Shown here: positions 31,812 to 43,380 of the stretch, in pieces
How the letters are laid out: each line of letters starts with the position of its first letter
How positions within the stretch are numbered: position 1 is the stretch's first letter
Assembly: GCF_000315625.1 (NCBI RefSeq)
Contig: NW_005434628.1
Coordinates: forward strand, 103,003 to 162,772
Length of the DNA stretch: 59,770 nucleotides
Direction: 5' to 3'
Origin: Guillardia theta CCMP2712
Lineage: Eukaryota > Protista > Cryptophyta
The notes under the pieces: model-generated
Told to the model about the DNA's origin: nothing
The model's input: only the letters and a program-made list of their open reading frames with translations
The model's database searches: none
Translations under genes and position numbers: made by a program

Positions 31812-33583
31812 GGAAAGCACACAGGCTGACTTGGGACACCCTCACATCCCCTGTACTTTACCTGCCACTCAGTGTGAGAAGCTCATGGTGGTATGAACTG
31901 AGTCGAGATCATGAGCTTAAACTTGGACTCTTCACCGTGACTTGCAACCGTCTGGGAACTCACTCGCTGTGACTCCATCATGACGGTATTAGCAACTCAG
32001 ACGGTCGGAGTGCCACGGTGACTGATACGTACTGATACTTTGATCATATGGTCCTACCGGCGGTAAACTTGGCAGACGGTGAGGCCGCCCAGTCCGGGCC
32101 CGCGCCCGGGCGCACTGCGCGGCACACTGAGCGCCGCCGGCCCCGAGGCTTTCAACTGGCAAGCGTACTACGGTAGTCGGCTCTCGGATCCGCTGATCAT
32201 TGTGAAGGCTAATCACTCGGCAATGTACCGCGGTGATCGGACCGTTGCCGGGGCGGCCCAGGCCGCCACGTTGCCATCGGATTACACTGTGACTTAACAC
32301 CTCCACTGAGTTGCGGCCTCGGAGGCTGCTGCTGCTCAGTGCTGCCGGGCGGCGCCCGGCCGGGCGGCGGCGGCGGCGGCTACGCGTGACCCAGTGACGC
32401 AGCCGTGCCACGAGCCTGCCGGGGGCTGGACAGCTTCTGACTTGCCACGTGACTATGCACGAAGTCTGACTCTCTGAGGATCATCCAGCCTTGAAGAGAC
32501 CGTACCCCGGGTGGCTCGGACCTCGGCCCGGCTGACCGTCTGTTCGAGCTCAAGTTGCCACGGTTGACTCCCAGGCTGTTCGCCTTGGGGGGCCGCTTGA
32601 CCTGCTGCCGCGTGACCGACTAGTCACAGAGTCCTCAGAGCCACAGATTCAGTGGTCTTAAGAGACCTGAGGCCCTCGGACGGTCGCTCCGAGTCCGGAT
32701 CTCTTACTCTGTTAGTCACCGGGCCAAGACTCTGCCACGGTGACCGGGGCCGCCCGGCTCCATCGTGACCTGTCAACCCTCAGTACTGTCACGTCACCCT
32801 GGTGAGTCATCATGTCAACTTGGTCACAAGGCAGCTACGGTGAGTCATCATGTCAACTTGGTCACAAGGCACCCCTGTGACTCGGAGATCTTGCGGAACT
32901 TGAAAGGCTTCCCTTTCAATCCCTGACGAGAGTCCGATCCCCTTCAACGTACCGGTCATGATCTCAAAACGAGACTCAGACATAAAAAGGTTAGGTCAGG
33001 GCCATGGTACAGGAGGGACCGGGCTAAGGCTTTCGCACTAGTACTTGCCAGTATTATAAGATCTTAGCTGTAGAGGCGGGGGGAGCTAAGGCAGAAGGAG
33101 AGCCGCCCGTGACCTGGAGAGGAGGAAAACCGACCAGCCTTTTGAGGCCCTTGTGACTGTTAAGAAGGGGGTCCTTCGAGTGGGAAAAGGGGGGGTAGAG
33201 GGTCACAAGGATCTGTATCGGTCTTATCTCACCACGAGTTGAGAGGGTTTTTAGCGCAAGGCAGGTAGAAGGGGAGGGGGTAGGGGTAGATGGATCTGAT
33301 TAGGGGTAGAGTCCTGGGGGGTGGTACACCATGGGTCAAAGAGGTGGGTATTTCATGGGACAGCAGGGGATGATTGTTAGATCCCTTTTAGAGGTGGGGT
33401 GGCTATGGAACGTTCTGGTTCGTCGGTGTAGGTAGGGGTGGTGATTTGTCTCTGAGGCGGACTGGAGACCCCCTTGTACCGCTTAACTCCTGCCTGCGCC
33501 TGCTTTAACTGAGACCTCGTCTCCCTCCCCTCACCTTTATCTCCCCTGCCTGCACTCAAACCTACCCACTCCACACCCTCCTC

Positions 33584-33618
<35 letters not shown>

Positions 33619-33668
33619 GGTCCTCGTCCTGGTCCTCCATCTCGTTGATTGATTGTTTCCTTCTTGGC

Positions 33669-34181
33669 ATGACCGCCAACCTCCTCACCCCTAGCGAGAA
33701 CAACATGCACCGTCAGTGTACTCTTCCTTGCTCCCAACCGGCTTCCCGCTCGTTCTGCCTTGAGCAGCAGAGACAGCGCCGCAAGAGCTGGATGAGAGGA
33801 GCGTTTTCCACTAGCTGTGCCAGCATGGCAGTCACGGAGGGAGATAACGGGCCCATAATCACGCTCACCAATCAGGCATGCCCAGCATGGCTCCTCGGCG
33901 TGGTATGCAAGGGACCTCAGTTCCGCTCCATCGACCAGCAAGGAAATCTTACTGCTGGTGGAGCATACGAGAGGCTCGGAAAGAACGCCCGGGCCTCACT
34001 CCACAAGTCTATCGGCCCTGATGGGAACTTTACCAACATCAAATTCCCCATGTTCCATCGTAAGACAGGCGGCGGTGAAATGCAGCAAAGCGACCTGCAC
34101 GGAGAGGAGATCAGCGAGGACACCTTGACATACGACGAGGCATATGAAGACGAGCTGTCAGGCCGGTTCTACTTGGAGTAG
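33669..34181 (+). CDS. Orphan 170-aa hypothetical protein, copy 2
   Basis: ORF MTANLL...GRFYLE kept open in the uninterrupted copies and located downstream of an island plus G-tract. No family recognised; a short intron in the 5' part is possible. Confidence 0.55.
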   Translation: MTANLLTPSENNMHRQCTLPCSQPASRSFCLEQQRQRRKSWMRGAFSTSCASMAVTEGDNGPIITLTNQACPAWLLGVVCKGPQFRSIDQQGNLTAGGAYERLGKNARASLHKSIGPDGNFTNIKFPMFHRKTGGGEMQQSDLHGEEISEDTLTYDEAYEDELSGRFYLE

Positions 34182-34469
34182 AGAAAGGATGCTTGCGATC
34201 CGGTTGCGTGTACTCGTGCTTGTTCTTGCCGAGTTGGTGTAGATTCTTGTTTGTAATGTAATGAAGTTCAAAACTACCCGATATTCGAGAACGCAGTGCA
34301 AGCGCACCAACGGTGAAGAGAACACATGCACTCCACCATTGAAGTTCCTGTGCACATACTAATAATGATGCGCAGCATTACCGTAGTGGCCTTCCCTCTA
34401 CCGTGAGTCCGAATGATCCTAACATCGGTCAGATAGGCTTCACCGTACTGCCACGGCGGTTGACGCGTT

Positions 34470-35072
34470 GAGGTAGGTTTGAAGGATGTTGACGTGGAAC
34501 GAGCGATGCCGGAGAAGAGAGACGCGAGGAGGACCTCTCTCTCATTCTGCACACTCTTCCTTTTCTTCTCCTCGTCAGTCACCCTTGCTTTCCTGTTGGG
34601 CTGGAAGCTTCGTGCCTACGTGTTCAACTACCACCGGGCAGACGTTGGAGCTCGTGCCTGGTACCTTGCAGACAGGCTTCTGGACGAGTCCTCAGTCTCG
34701 GCAGCAGAGCTGCAGTCAGAAAGCTACCAGGGACGACTATGGAGGCTAAGGAGCCTGAGCAGTAAACTGACATGGGACAAGTGCCTGAGCCCAATGAAGC
34801 GAGATGGAGAGGTCGGGAGCTGTTCCTAGTGGGTGGTACCTCGGTGTCCAACAGGGGAACGCCAGCACGGCAACGCACGGGAACGTACAGAGTGCGGTGA
34901 GGAAGGATGCGGACATCTACTTGCTTCTCGATGTACTCTTCAAGGTTTGTGCATCCTAGCTGTCTACCTCTCCCGTCCCCGACTGAGTGCCCTGCAGGAG
35001 GTGGGAGTCTATGGGGTCTTCTCGGATTGGCCTGGGACCGTGACCCACTACCTCAACTGCGCCCTCCCCTAA
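34470..35072 (+). pseudogene. GDPD copy 3 with a ~1.3-kb internal deletion
   Basis: AAGCGAGATG is joined directly to GAGAGGTCGGG at ~34806, removing the HRG and ExD catalytic exons; the junction ORF stops at 34829. Confidence 0.9.
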
Positions 35073-37101
35073 GGAAAGCACACAGGCTGACTTGGGACAC
35101 CCTCACATCCCCTGTACTACGTGACTTTATCTGCCACTCAGTGTGAGGCAACTCATGGTGGTATGAACTGAGTCGAGATCATGAGCTTAAACTTGGACTC
35201 TTCACCGTGACTTGCAACCGTCCGGGAACTCACTCTCTGTGACTCCATCATGACGGTAGACTCCGATGGTCGGAGTGACTGATACGTACTGATTCTATGA
35301 ACATCCGATAGTACGGTACTACCGTGTACGGTAAATCAATCAGACGGACGGCCCGGGGTGCGGCCGGCGGGGGCCAGGCCGCCGCCGGCGGGGGCCAGGC
35401 CGGGCCCGGGGCCGCACCAGCGCCGCAGGCCTGTGGCTTTCGCACGGGCTAAGTCAGGCTCGGAATCGCCATGATGATCTGATCACTGCAGCAACGCCGT
35501 ACGGTAGTACGATCATTGCATCCGATCACACTTTACACCTCCAGTGGCGCCGGGCCCCGGCCCCCAGTGCCTGAGGCTGCTGCTGTTGCAGCAGCTACGC
35601 GTGACTCCGCAGTGGCTCGGACTCAGTAGCTGACTCAGCCGTGCCACGAGCCTGCCGACTCAGGGCTGGACAGCTTCTGACTTGCCACGTGACTATGCAC
35701 GAAGTCTGAGGCATCCAGACTATGCACGAAGTCTGAGGCATCTGCGACTCGCTTGCTGACTCTGATCGGAGCCTCCCCCGGCGGCCGGACGGCGGCGGAT
35801 CATCGTACCGTGGCTCGGACCGCGGCTGACGGGTCTGCCCGGTGCCAGTTCGAGTTCAAGTTGACTGGTCAGAAGTGCGAAGTTAGAGCGGCCGCCGGGC
35901 GGCGGGGCACGGACTCCACAGAGGATGGGGTAACGGATTGGGCTTCCGAGTGGCCCCCGCCGGGGGGCGCTTAACTCAGAGCTGCAGCCGCGTGACTATT
36001 CAGTGGTCTTAAGAGTGTCGCTCGATATCTCCGACTCTGCCGCCGCTGCCATGATTGGACGGTTATAACAGACCCAGAGACCCGGGGCTCGGACATCGTG
36101 ATCGGAGGCTTCGGTCACAAGGCCGACCCCCTTGCGTACCCGGTGGTATGGCGCCTGTACCGGACTCAGGCTCCGGGTCCCTCGAACCATGATCTCAAAA
36201 CGTGCCTCCGAGCCTCGGGAGTCAGGCATTAAAAGGTTCCAGCGTCGCTTTTGCAGGTTGGGCTGAGCCATGGCACAGGAGAGACCAGGCTAAGGCATTT
36301 GCACTAGTACTTGTATTATAAGATCTCAGCTGTAGAGGTGGGGGGGTCGAGGCCACCCCGGATAGAAGGAGAGCCGCCCGTGACCGTCGAAAATTGTTGG
36401 AGAGGAGGAAAACCAACCAGCCTTTTGAGGCCCTTGTGACTGTTAAGAAGGGGGTCCTTTCGAGTGGGAAAAGGGGGGGTAGAGGATCACAAGGATCTGT
36501 ATCGGTCTTATCTCACCACGAGTTGGGAGGGTTTTTAGCGCAAGGCAGGTACCAAGGGGAGGTAGGGGTAGATGGATCTGATTGGGGGTAGAGTCCTTGG
36601 GGGTGGTACACCATGGGTCAAGTAGGTGGGTATTTCATGGGAGAGCAGGGGATGATAGTCAAGATCCCTTTCAGAGGTGGGGTGGCTATGGAACGTTCTG
36701 GTTCGTCGATGTAGGTAGGGGTGGTAATGGATTAGGAGTACTCAGGGGGCAGCAGATCTGTTCTGTAATGATCCTTTCGAGACGTACGTAAAACTCCATT
36801 ACTGTCTTCCTTCTAGATAGATGGTATTGTCTGAGGCGGACTGGAACACCCCTTGTACCGCTTAACTCCTGCCCCGCGTGACCTGCTGACACTAAACCCA
36901 GCTTCGTCGTTTAATCCCTCGTCTCTCGCCTACTTAAAAACTGAGATCTCTTCCTTCCTCCCCTCACCTTCATCTCCCCTGCCTGCACACAAACCTACCC
37001 ACTCCTCCTCGTCCTCCTCCTCCTCCTCGTCCTCGTCCTCCTCCTCGTCCTCGTCCTCGTCCTCGTCCTCCTTCTTGTTGATTGATTGTTTCCTTCTTGG
37101 T

Positions 37102-37614
37102 ATGACCGCCAACCTCCTCACCCCTAGCGAGAACAACATGCACCGTCAGTGTACTCTTCCTTGCTCCCAACCGGCTTCCCGCTCGTTCTGCCTTGAGCAG
37201 CAGAGACAGCGCCGCAAGAGCTGGATGAGAGGAGCGTTTTCCACTAGCTGTGCCAGCATGGCAGTCACGGAGGGAGATAACGGGCCCATAATCACGCTCA
37301 CCAATCAGGCATGCCCAGCATGGCTCCTCGGCGTGGTATGCAAGGGACCTCAGTTCCGCTCCATCGACCAGCAAGGAAATCTTACTGCTGGTGGAGCATA
37401 CGAGAGGCTCGGAAAGAACGCCCGGGCCTCACTCCACAAGTCTATCGGCCCTGATGGGAATTTTACCAACATCAAATTCCCCATGTTCCATCGTAAGACA
37501 GGCGGCGGTGAAATGCAGCAAAGCGACCTGCACGGAGAGGAGATCAGCGAGGACACCTTGGCATATGACGAGGCATATGAAGACGAGCTGTCAGGCCGGT
37601 TCTACTTGGAGTAG
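37102..37614 (+). CDS. Orphan 170-aa hypothetical protein, copy 3
   Basis: Same 513-nt ORF as copy 2. Confidence 0.55.
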   Translation: MTANLLTPSENNMHRQCTLPCSQPASRSFCLEQQRQRRKSWMRGAFSTSCASMAVTEGDNGPIITLTNQACPAWLLGVVCKGPQFRSIDQQGNLTAGGAYERLGKNARASLHKSIGPDGNFTNIKFPMFHRKTGGGEMQQSDLHGEEISEDTLAYDEAYEDELSGRFYLE

Positions 37615-38896
37615 AGAATGGATGCTTGCGATCCGGTTGCGTGTAGTGCTGGTTCTTGCCAGTTGGTGTAGATTCTTGTTTGTAATGTAATGAAGTTCAA
37701 AACTACCTGATGTTCGAGAACGAAGTGCAAGCCTGAGCGCACCAACGGTGAAGAGAACACGCACTCTACCATTCCAGTACCTATGCGCATACTAACAATG
37801 ATGCCTAGCATTAGTACCGTACCGTATTGGCCCGGCCTGCCCTCTACCGTACCGTACAGTGAGTCCGAGTGATCCTATCAGCGGTCAGATAGGCTTCACC
37901 GTACTGCCACAGCGGTTGACGCGTTACGGCAGAAGATTCTTCTACCGTACGGTCAGCAAGCAACATTGACCGTGCCATGACCGTCCGACTCAGTGTTGCA
38001 CCGCGCGGCGCGGCCGCGGTTGGCCGGGCGATCATAGTAGTCTGAGGGTGTGCGAGGACAATAATGAGAGTCGAGGATGTCGTTTTTGCCCACTTCCACC
38101 CTGACGGACGGCCGGGCCCGGCCACCGGGCCCCGCCCCGCCGGTCCGACTCAGTCGGTGGCTCCCAACTTGCAAGCCGGCGGGCCCGGCTGCCAGTCTCA
38201 CAGTCCTTCTTTTCTCAAAGTTAAGTTAAAGATCAGTACGAGGACAATCAGGAGAGACGAGGAGGCTTGACCCTGACACTGTCGCACAGGCCAAACGGCG
38301 AGAAGAGAAAAGACAGCGAGAACCAAACTTGAAACCCAATCCTGCCGACTGCAGTGTCCCCCAAACTTAACTGACAGTCAGGGGAGTCGCGGCCCGCTCC
38401 GACTCGGCCGCGTGAAGTGACCGGACTTTCAAGTTGCTGAGTCGGGACTCCGAGGGTTAACTGAAATTCCGTGTCAAGTTTTGACCTATTGGTGTCACCC
38501 GAGGCACGCGAAGCGAGGGAGACTGACGGGGAGGACGAGGAGAATCTTGAGCGTGCGACGAGCGAGGCTGAGCTGGTGACGTTCATGGCCATGGAGGGAG
38601 AGCAACAAGAAGCAGTGACCGTCGGACTGTGCTCGTCCCCATGAACTGACGGGGTCAACAGCCGACGGACCGTCGACCAAGTGGGTCCACTTGGCAAAGG
38701 CCGGGCAGCAGCAGACGTGGAAGCGGGCCCGGGACTAGTTTAGAGAGGACAACTTGTGGGAGAAGCATCCTCTTGTGAGGTTTCAAGCCTGGGAGGGAGC
38801 AATTAGTTGAGTTGTGAAGAATTCTGATCCTGTGCAGCCTTGCATTCATTGCAAGTGGTCCAGAAGCCCTACAACTGAGGACGATAGGAAAGAAGA

Positions 38897-39778
38897 ATGC
38901 ACGGGGATACGGAAGACAAGGACAAGCCGCCAAGCAAGGAAGAAGAGCTCCGGGTAGATGTCATGAAGATGAAGGAGGAGGCAGACTTCTGGAGGCAGTC
39001 TGAGAAGGTCAGCCGGCAGTGCCTACGTGCACTACTCAAGGAGAAACTTTTCTTTGGCGTGGAAGGCACGGATGAGGTCCCAGCGCAGGAGCAAGAGAAC
39101 GAGCAGGTGAAGGAGTGCCTCGATCTCCTGGATCAGAACGAGAAGCTCTCAGCCGAGCTGAGCGCCATGTCCAACGAAGGCAAGCTGCTTCGCCTCATCG
39201 CGGCAAGGGCTCACCGCCTCCCAGGGAGGCCGGCAGAGGAGCGCAGCAAGGGAGCACAAGGGAAGGAGGACTCGGCAGCAGGAAAGTCACCAGCATCGAG
39301 CTCCCTACACTCGTCGACTGCCAGCGCAGCACGCGGCACATCCAGGAGGCAGGAGGAGGTGGAGCTAGAGATGTGGAACACGCTGAAGAAGAGCCATGAC
39401 AGGATGGCGTTGCTCGAGAGCACCATCGAGAGCTTGCAGCAGCGGGCTGACGAGAAGAACTCAAGCTTCTCCTCCAGTCGCGCCCTGGACTCCAGCCAGA
39501 GGTCCTTCTACCCCCTCCTGTTCACGGCCGCCCCCCCACTGGCGGAAGACTCCGAGCTCGCCACTAGGATCAGGAGGTTGGAGCTGATCGTGCAAAACCT
39601 TGAGAAGAACCCGCAGCAGGGGCTGGTGCATGCTCCTGCTCAACCTGCGGGCCTGGTCAACGGGAGTGCCAAGGGGGAGGACACTGGCCTCAGGACGTTG
39701 GCAAGCGCGACCAAGAACAAGACGGCGGACCTCGTTGAAAGGATTTTAAGAGTGGAGGAGAGGTTGAGCTCGAGGTGA
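38897..39778 (+). CDS. Hypothetical coiled-coil protein (may have an upstream exon)
   Basis: 293-aa ORF with host-like codon usage and heptad-like segments (LLESTIESLQQR, LATRIRRLELIVQNLE, LVERILRVEERL). Confidence 0.7.
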   Translation: MHGDTEDKDKPPSKEEELRVDVMKMKEEADFWRQSEKVSRQCLRALLKEKLFFGVEGTDEVPAQEQENEQVKECLDLLDQNEKLSAELSAMSNEGKLLRLIAARAHRLPGRPAEERSKGAQGKEDSAAGKSPASSSLHSSTASAARGTSRRQEEVELEMWNTLKKSHDRMALLESTIESLQQRADEKNSSFSSSRALDSSQRSFYPLLFTAAPPLAEDSELATRIRRLELIVQNLEKNPQQGLVHAPAQPAGLVNGSAKGEDTGLRTLASATKNKTADLVERILRVEERLSSR

Positions 39779-40197
39779 CGGGAGGGGGGGATGGGCGAAG
39801 GCAAGCTTGATGACAGATAATAAGTTTGACAAGATGAAGTAACGAAGCGTTAGTCTGCCTGCTTGCCTCCTGATCTCCTCTTCTCCTAACACTGCCGTAC
39901 GGCTGAAGGTTTTCACAAGTCGTCTTGCCTTCTGTGCGGTGGTTTCGACATCTCGTGAGGAAGGTAACGAGCTCCTACCACAGGAGATGCGCTGGAAGCA
40001 TGGTCGATGGGTCGCAAATGCGAATGGTCGCCATGCCTGTGTAAGGTTCTGCATGTCATGTGGAGCCAAAAGACAGAAAGGCAGATGTGGAGGAGTTTCA
40101 GGCAGGGAGGCAAAGGTGAAGATGGGGAAGTAGAGAAGGCGGTAGGGAAGCAACATGCATGTTGGAAAGAGAAATGGAAGCGATGAAAGGGAAGTGC

Positions 40198-41834
40198 CTA
40201 CGGCATGGCAGAGCATGTGACGTACCGAGTCTTCATGAGGGAGGCGAGGGCTATTGGCTTCCAGACATCGCTTCCTATTCCACTGTCTGACATCTCCCTG
40301 CGGATTCGATCGTTCCTCGATGCTCGGATCTGCTTCTCAGTTTTTGACCTCCCCGTCCTCGTCTGCTCCCTGAGCTGCTTCTGCGCGAACTGATGTGCGA
40401 GCATGGCAACCACATCGACACCTTGGTCAGTCTCATCCAAGATCTCTTCTTGTATCAGCTCCTCTATCACGTCCTCTAGCGTTACAATCCCCGTGATGCA
40501 GCCATCGTCTGATCCCTTCCCCTCCTGCTTCTCACGACACACGAGGGCCAACCTGGAGGTTCCCTTCCTGAAAAGATGGAGGAGGTCGAAGAGCGGGAGC
40601 GACTCTGGAACCCTTCGGATGCCTCTCACTAGTCCCCGCTCCGACCAGGCGACAGAGACGGCGTCGTCGGGATTCACCAGCAGCAGATCCTTCACCAGCA
40701 GCATTCCGATCACGTTCTGGACGTCGTTGTGGTACACGGGGATACGGCTAAAGCCAGTCGCCATGATGTTGCGAAGGGTGGTTCGATCGAGAGGTGAAGA
40801 GGCTTCGATCATGTACACGTCTTTCAACGGCCTCATCGCGTCCTTCGCCTGCTTGCCCGCCATGTCTAACGTCCCGTTAAGAATGCGCACTTCGTCCTGC
40901 TCGCAACCAAGATCACAGGGAGCAGGGAGGGGGCAGCGGGGCCAAGACAGCATCACCTTAGTCAAAGTCCCGTGCCCGTCCTCATCCATCAAGTGCTGAG
41001 CCGTGAGCTCCTGTCAGGGCATCGCCGGCAGCGTCAGCGCAAGGCAGTGAGCAGGAGGAGGAGGAGAAGGAAGGACGGTTCTGACCTTCAGTTCTGCTCT
41101 CCTGTAGATCATGGCATGATCGTCTCCAAGAACATGGTCCAGCAGCTGCAGAAAACTCGTTCAGACCTCGATCAACGTCACGCCCGATGAGCCTTCACCT
41201 TGCCGATGGGCCATGAAAGAAAGCAGAAGAGGATCATGAGGGTTTGGACGAGGCCCGCAAACTTGGCGCCCAGCATCAGTTTGTACTTGGTGAACAGCGC
41301 CTGCATCCCTCATCACTTCACTTCGTCCCCTCCCTTGGCACGAAGTCGACCTGAGGAATGATCTCCGAGCAGCCCAACACCAGCGTCACAGAGAGGATGA
41401 TGGCAAGGTGAGTGTCACAGATCATGTCCATGTAGATCGGGAGAGCCTCTGCTGCCACTGCGTTGCCAAGGAGGAGGGTAACCAGAAGGAGGTGCCTTCG
41501 AGAGTATCATCCCTCCTGCCTCTGCTCATACACTCCTCCCCAACTCGCACCTGTTCTCAATGAGCGGAGCGATGGCAGCGGCGTATCGCTTCTCACTAGA
41601 AGTTCCGCTCTCCATGATGATGGACAGGTTCATCGGATCGAGGCTCATCAGCGAGATCGTCAGCCCTGACATGATGGCGGCGAAGAGCACCAAGAAGGCG
41701 CATATCCCCACGTACATCCAGAACTCCGCACCACAACCTACCAGCTAGGTCAGGGCCAGAGGGCCACGCACGCATGGCGATCACGGACATGGGATGTTGG
41801 GGGCCTCGTCGCCCGGCGTCGTGAAGTTCGACAT
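40198..41834 (-). CDS. CNNM/DUF21 transmembrane domain plus CBS pair (MAM3-like Mg2+/metal homeostasis protein), multi-exon
   Basis: LVLFAAIMSGLTISLMSLD, HLLLVTLLLGNAVAAEALPI, SEIIPQA, WPIGK, GFSRIPVY, IGMLLVKDL, GIVTLEDVIEELIQEEILDETD. The 3' end may extend through a further intron. Confidence 0.93.
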
Positions 41835-42154
41835 GTCGTACCGCAAGAGCTCACTGCTTCTCTCGATCAACTTCAGCTTCCAGCCCGCCCAGCAGTGAAC
41901 CCTTCATTCTCTGAAAAGTCTGACGACCCCAGCAGGGGAAGGGGCGGCCGGGCAGTTAACTTTCAGGGTTGAGAGTCCTCCCTTTCTCCTGTAGAGGCGC
42001 AGGAGAGCAAGCTTCAAATATAGAACAACCTCAAACCACATCATCTTTGCCTCTCTCTGATCTGAACATACAAAGACAAGTCGTAGGCTTGCCAACCCTA
42101 CCGACTTGTACATTCTTACACGTGGACATGATCAATTGTCCAATACTTTTCTTG

Positions 42155-42202
<48 letters not shown>

Positions 42203-42639
42203 CACGAGCACTCTACTCTCTTTAGTTTTTCTCCTTTTGGCCCAATTCAAACTAACCTGACACAAGATGGTCGCCGCAGTTTCTGTGACGCCCTTCCCTC
42301 GCATGCAATCTGCTCGTAATCTCATCTTGACTCCTATCATAACTTACGGCTGGTTTTTGCATCCTTGTCCATCTTTTGACCTTCGGCCTCTACCTCCTCT
42401 CCACCTGTCCTCTCCCTTCCGTCTATTTGCAGATTATCATCCCCACAAACACTATCTTCTTGCATCGCCTTGCCTTACATCATCTTCCGGGCTGTCATCG
42501 ACACACTCCTCTGTCCATTATCTCTCTCTTCCTCTCCGTGATACCAGCTGTCTCTCTCCCTTCCCCCTCCCTCTCATTCTTGTTCAATTCCATTCCTCGC
42601 CTTCTGCATTTTCTCGCAGCTACGCCTCGTCGAACCCCC

Positions 42640-43380
42640 CGAACCCCATCATCCTCATACCCCGTCCTATAACCCACCCTGACACCAGTTAGCTGTCCAT
42701 TCCTTCAAGTACCCCTAAGTAAGACCTTCTAGTACCCCTAAATTTACCATACTTCATGAATTATACCCCTGCATAGACCACCCCACCCTCAAAATGGAAA
42801 GTCCTTGGCAAAGTGAACTGAGAGTCCCGGTGCCGGACCCCGGCCGAAGTTTTTCGGCCCGGACCTTTCGCAGTTGCGGTCGCGCGCAGACGCCATGCAC
42901 ACCAGATAGCAACAAGTCCCTGGATGGGGTGGTGGGTCATACTGGTGTGTTGTGACAGGGTCCAAGGGGTAGTATTGCTATTGAAAATTTGTGACTGCAG
43001 GGTGGGGTAATCCGTGACAGCACCGGTGGTGGTTCTTAAGACTGTTGGGGTCAGGTTCTTGAAAGGGTCGGTCATTCGATAGGGGGGTGGGGTGGCACCA
43101 GATACCCTCAAAATGTCGGGGTGAAAGCCTGATGAAAGTAGGGGTGGTGTTTTCCCACCAATTAGTTGTTGGGGTGGGGATGTGTGTGACTTGTAAAGGT
43201 AGGGTGATTGAAAAGGTTGAGTTCCTCTCCAGTACTGGGTGGGGTACTTTGCAAGGGTGGGTACTTTCTTAAATGACAGGGGTGAAGGGATATCGAAAAG
43301 GGGGGTAGTTGAAATTGAATCTGTAGGGTGCCATGGGGGCAGGGGTACCTGTGAGGTAGGGTGGGGCGAGAGGGCGGCGC
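42640..43380. promoter_or_regulatory. Putative bidirectional promoter: C-tract / CG core / G-tract
   Basis: Between the divergent CNNM(-) and PWWP-BAH(+) genes. C-rich 42640-42790, CCGG-rich core 42820-42900, GGGGT-rich 42920-43370. Confidence 0.5.

Larger units (their letters stand above)
19755..37925 (+). repeat. Three-unit direct tandem duplication (19755-29954, 29955-34469, 34470-37925): GDPD + island + G-tract + orphan gene + tail
   Basis: The identical novel junction GACGCGTT|GAGGTAGG occurs at 29955 and 34470, and GDPD and orphan-gene sequences are near-identical in all three units. Confidence 0.95.

Noticed and set aside
19755-37925. Array units as Helitron or DNA-transposon copies carrying captured genes
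   Set aside because: No terminal inverted repeats, TSDs, CTAG-hairpin ends or transposase; the junction falls inside the GDPD coding sequence, as in a simple tandem duplication.
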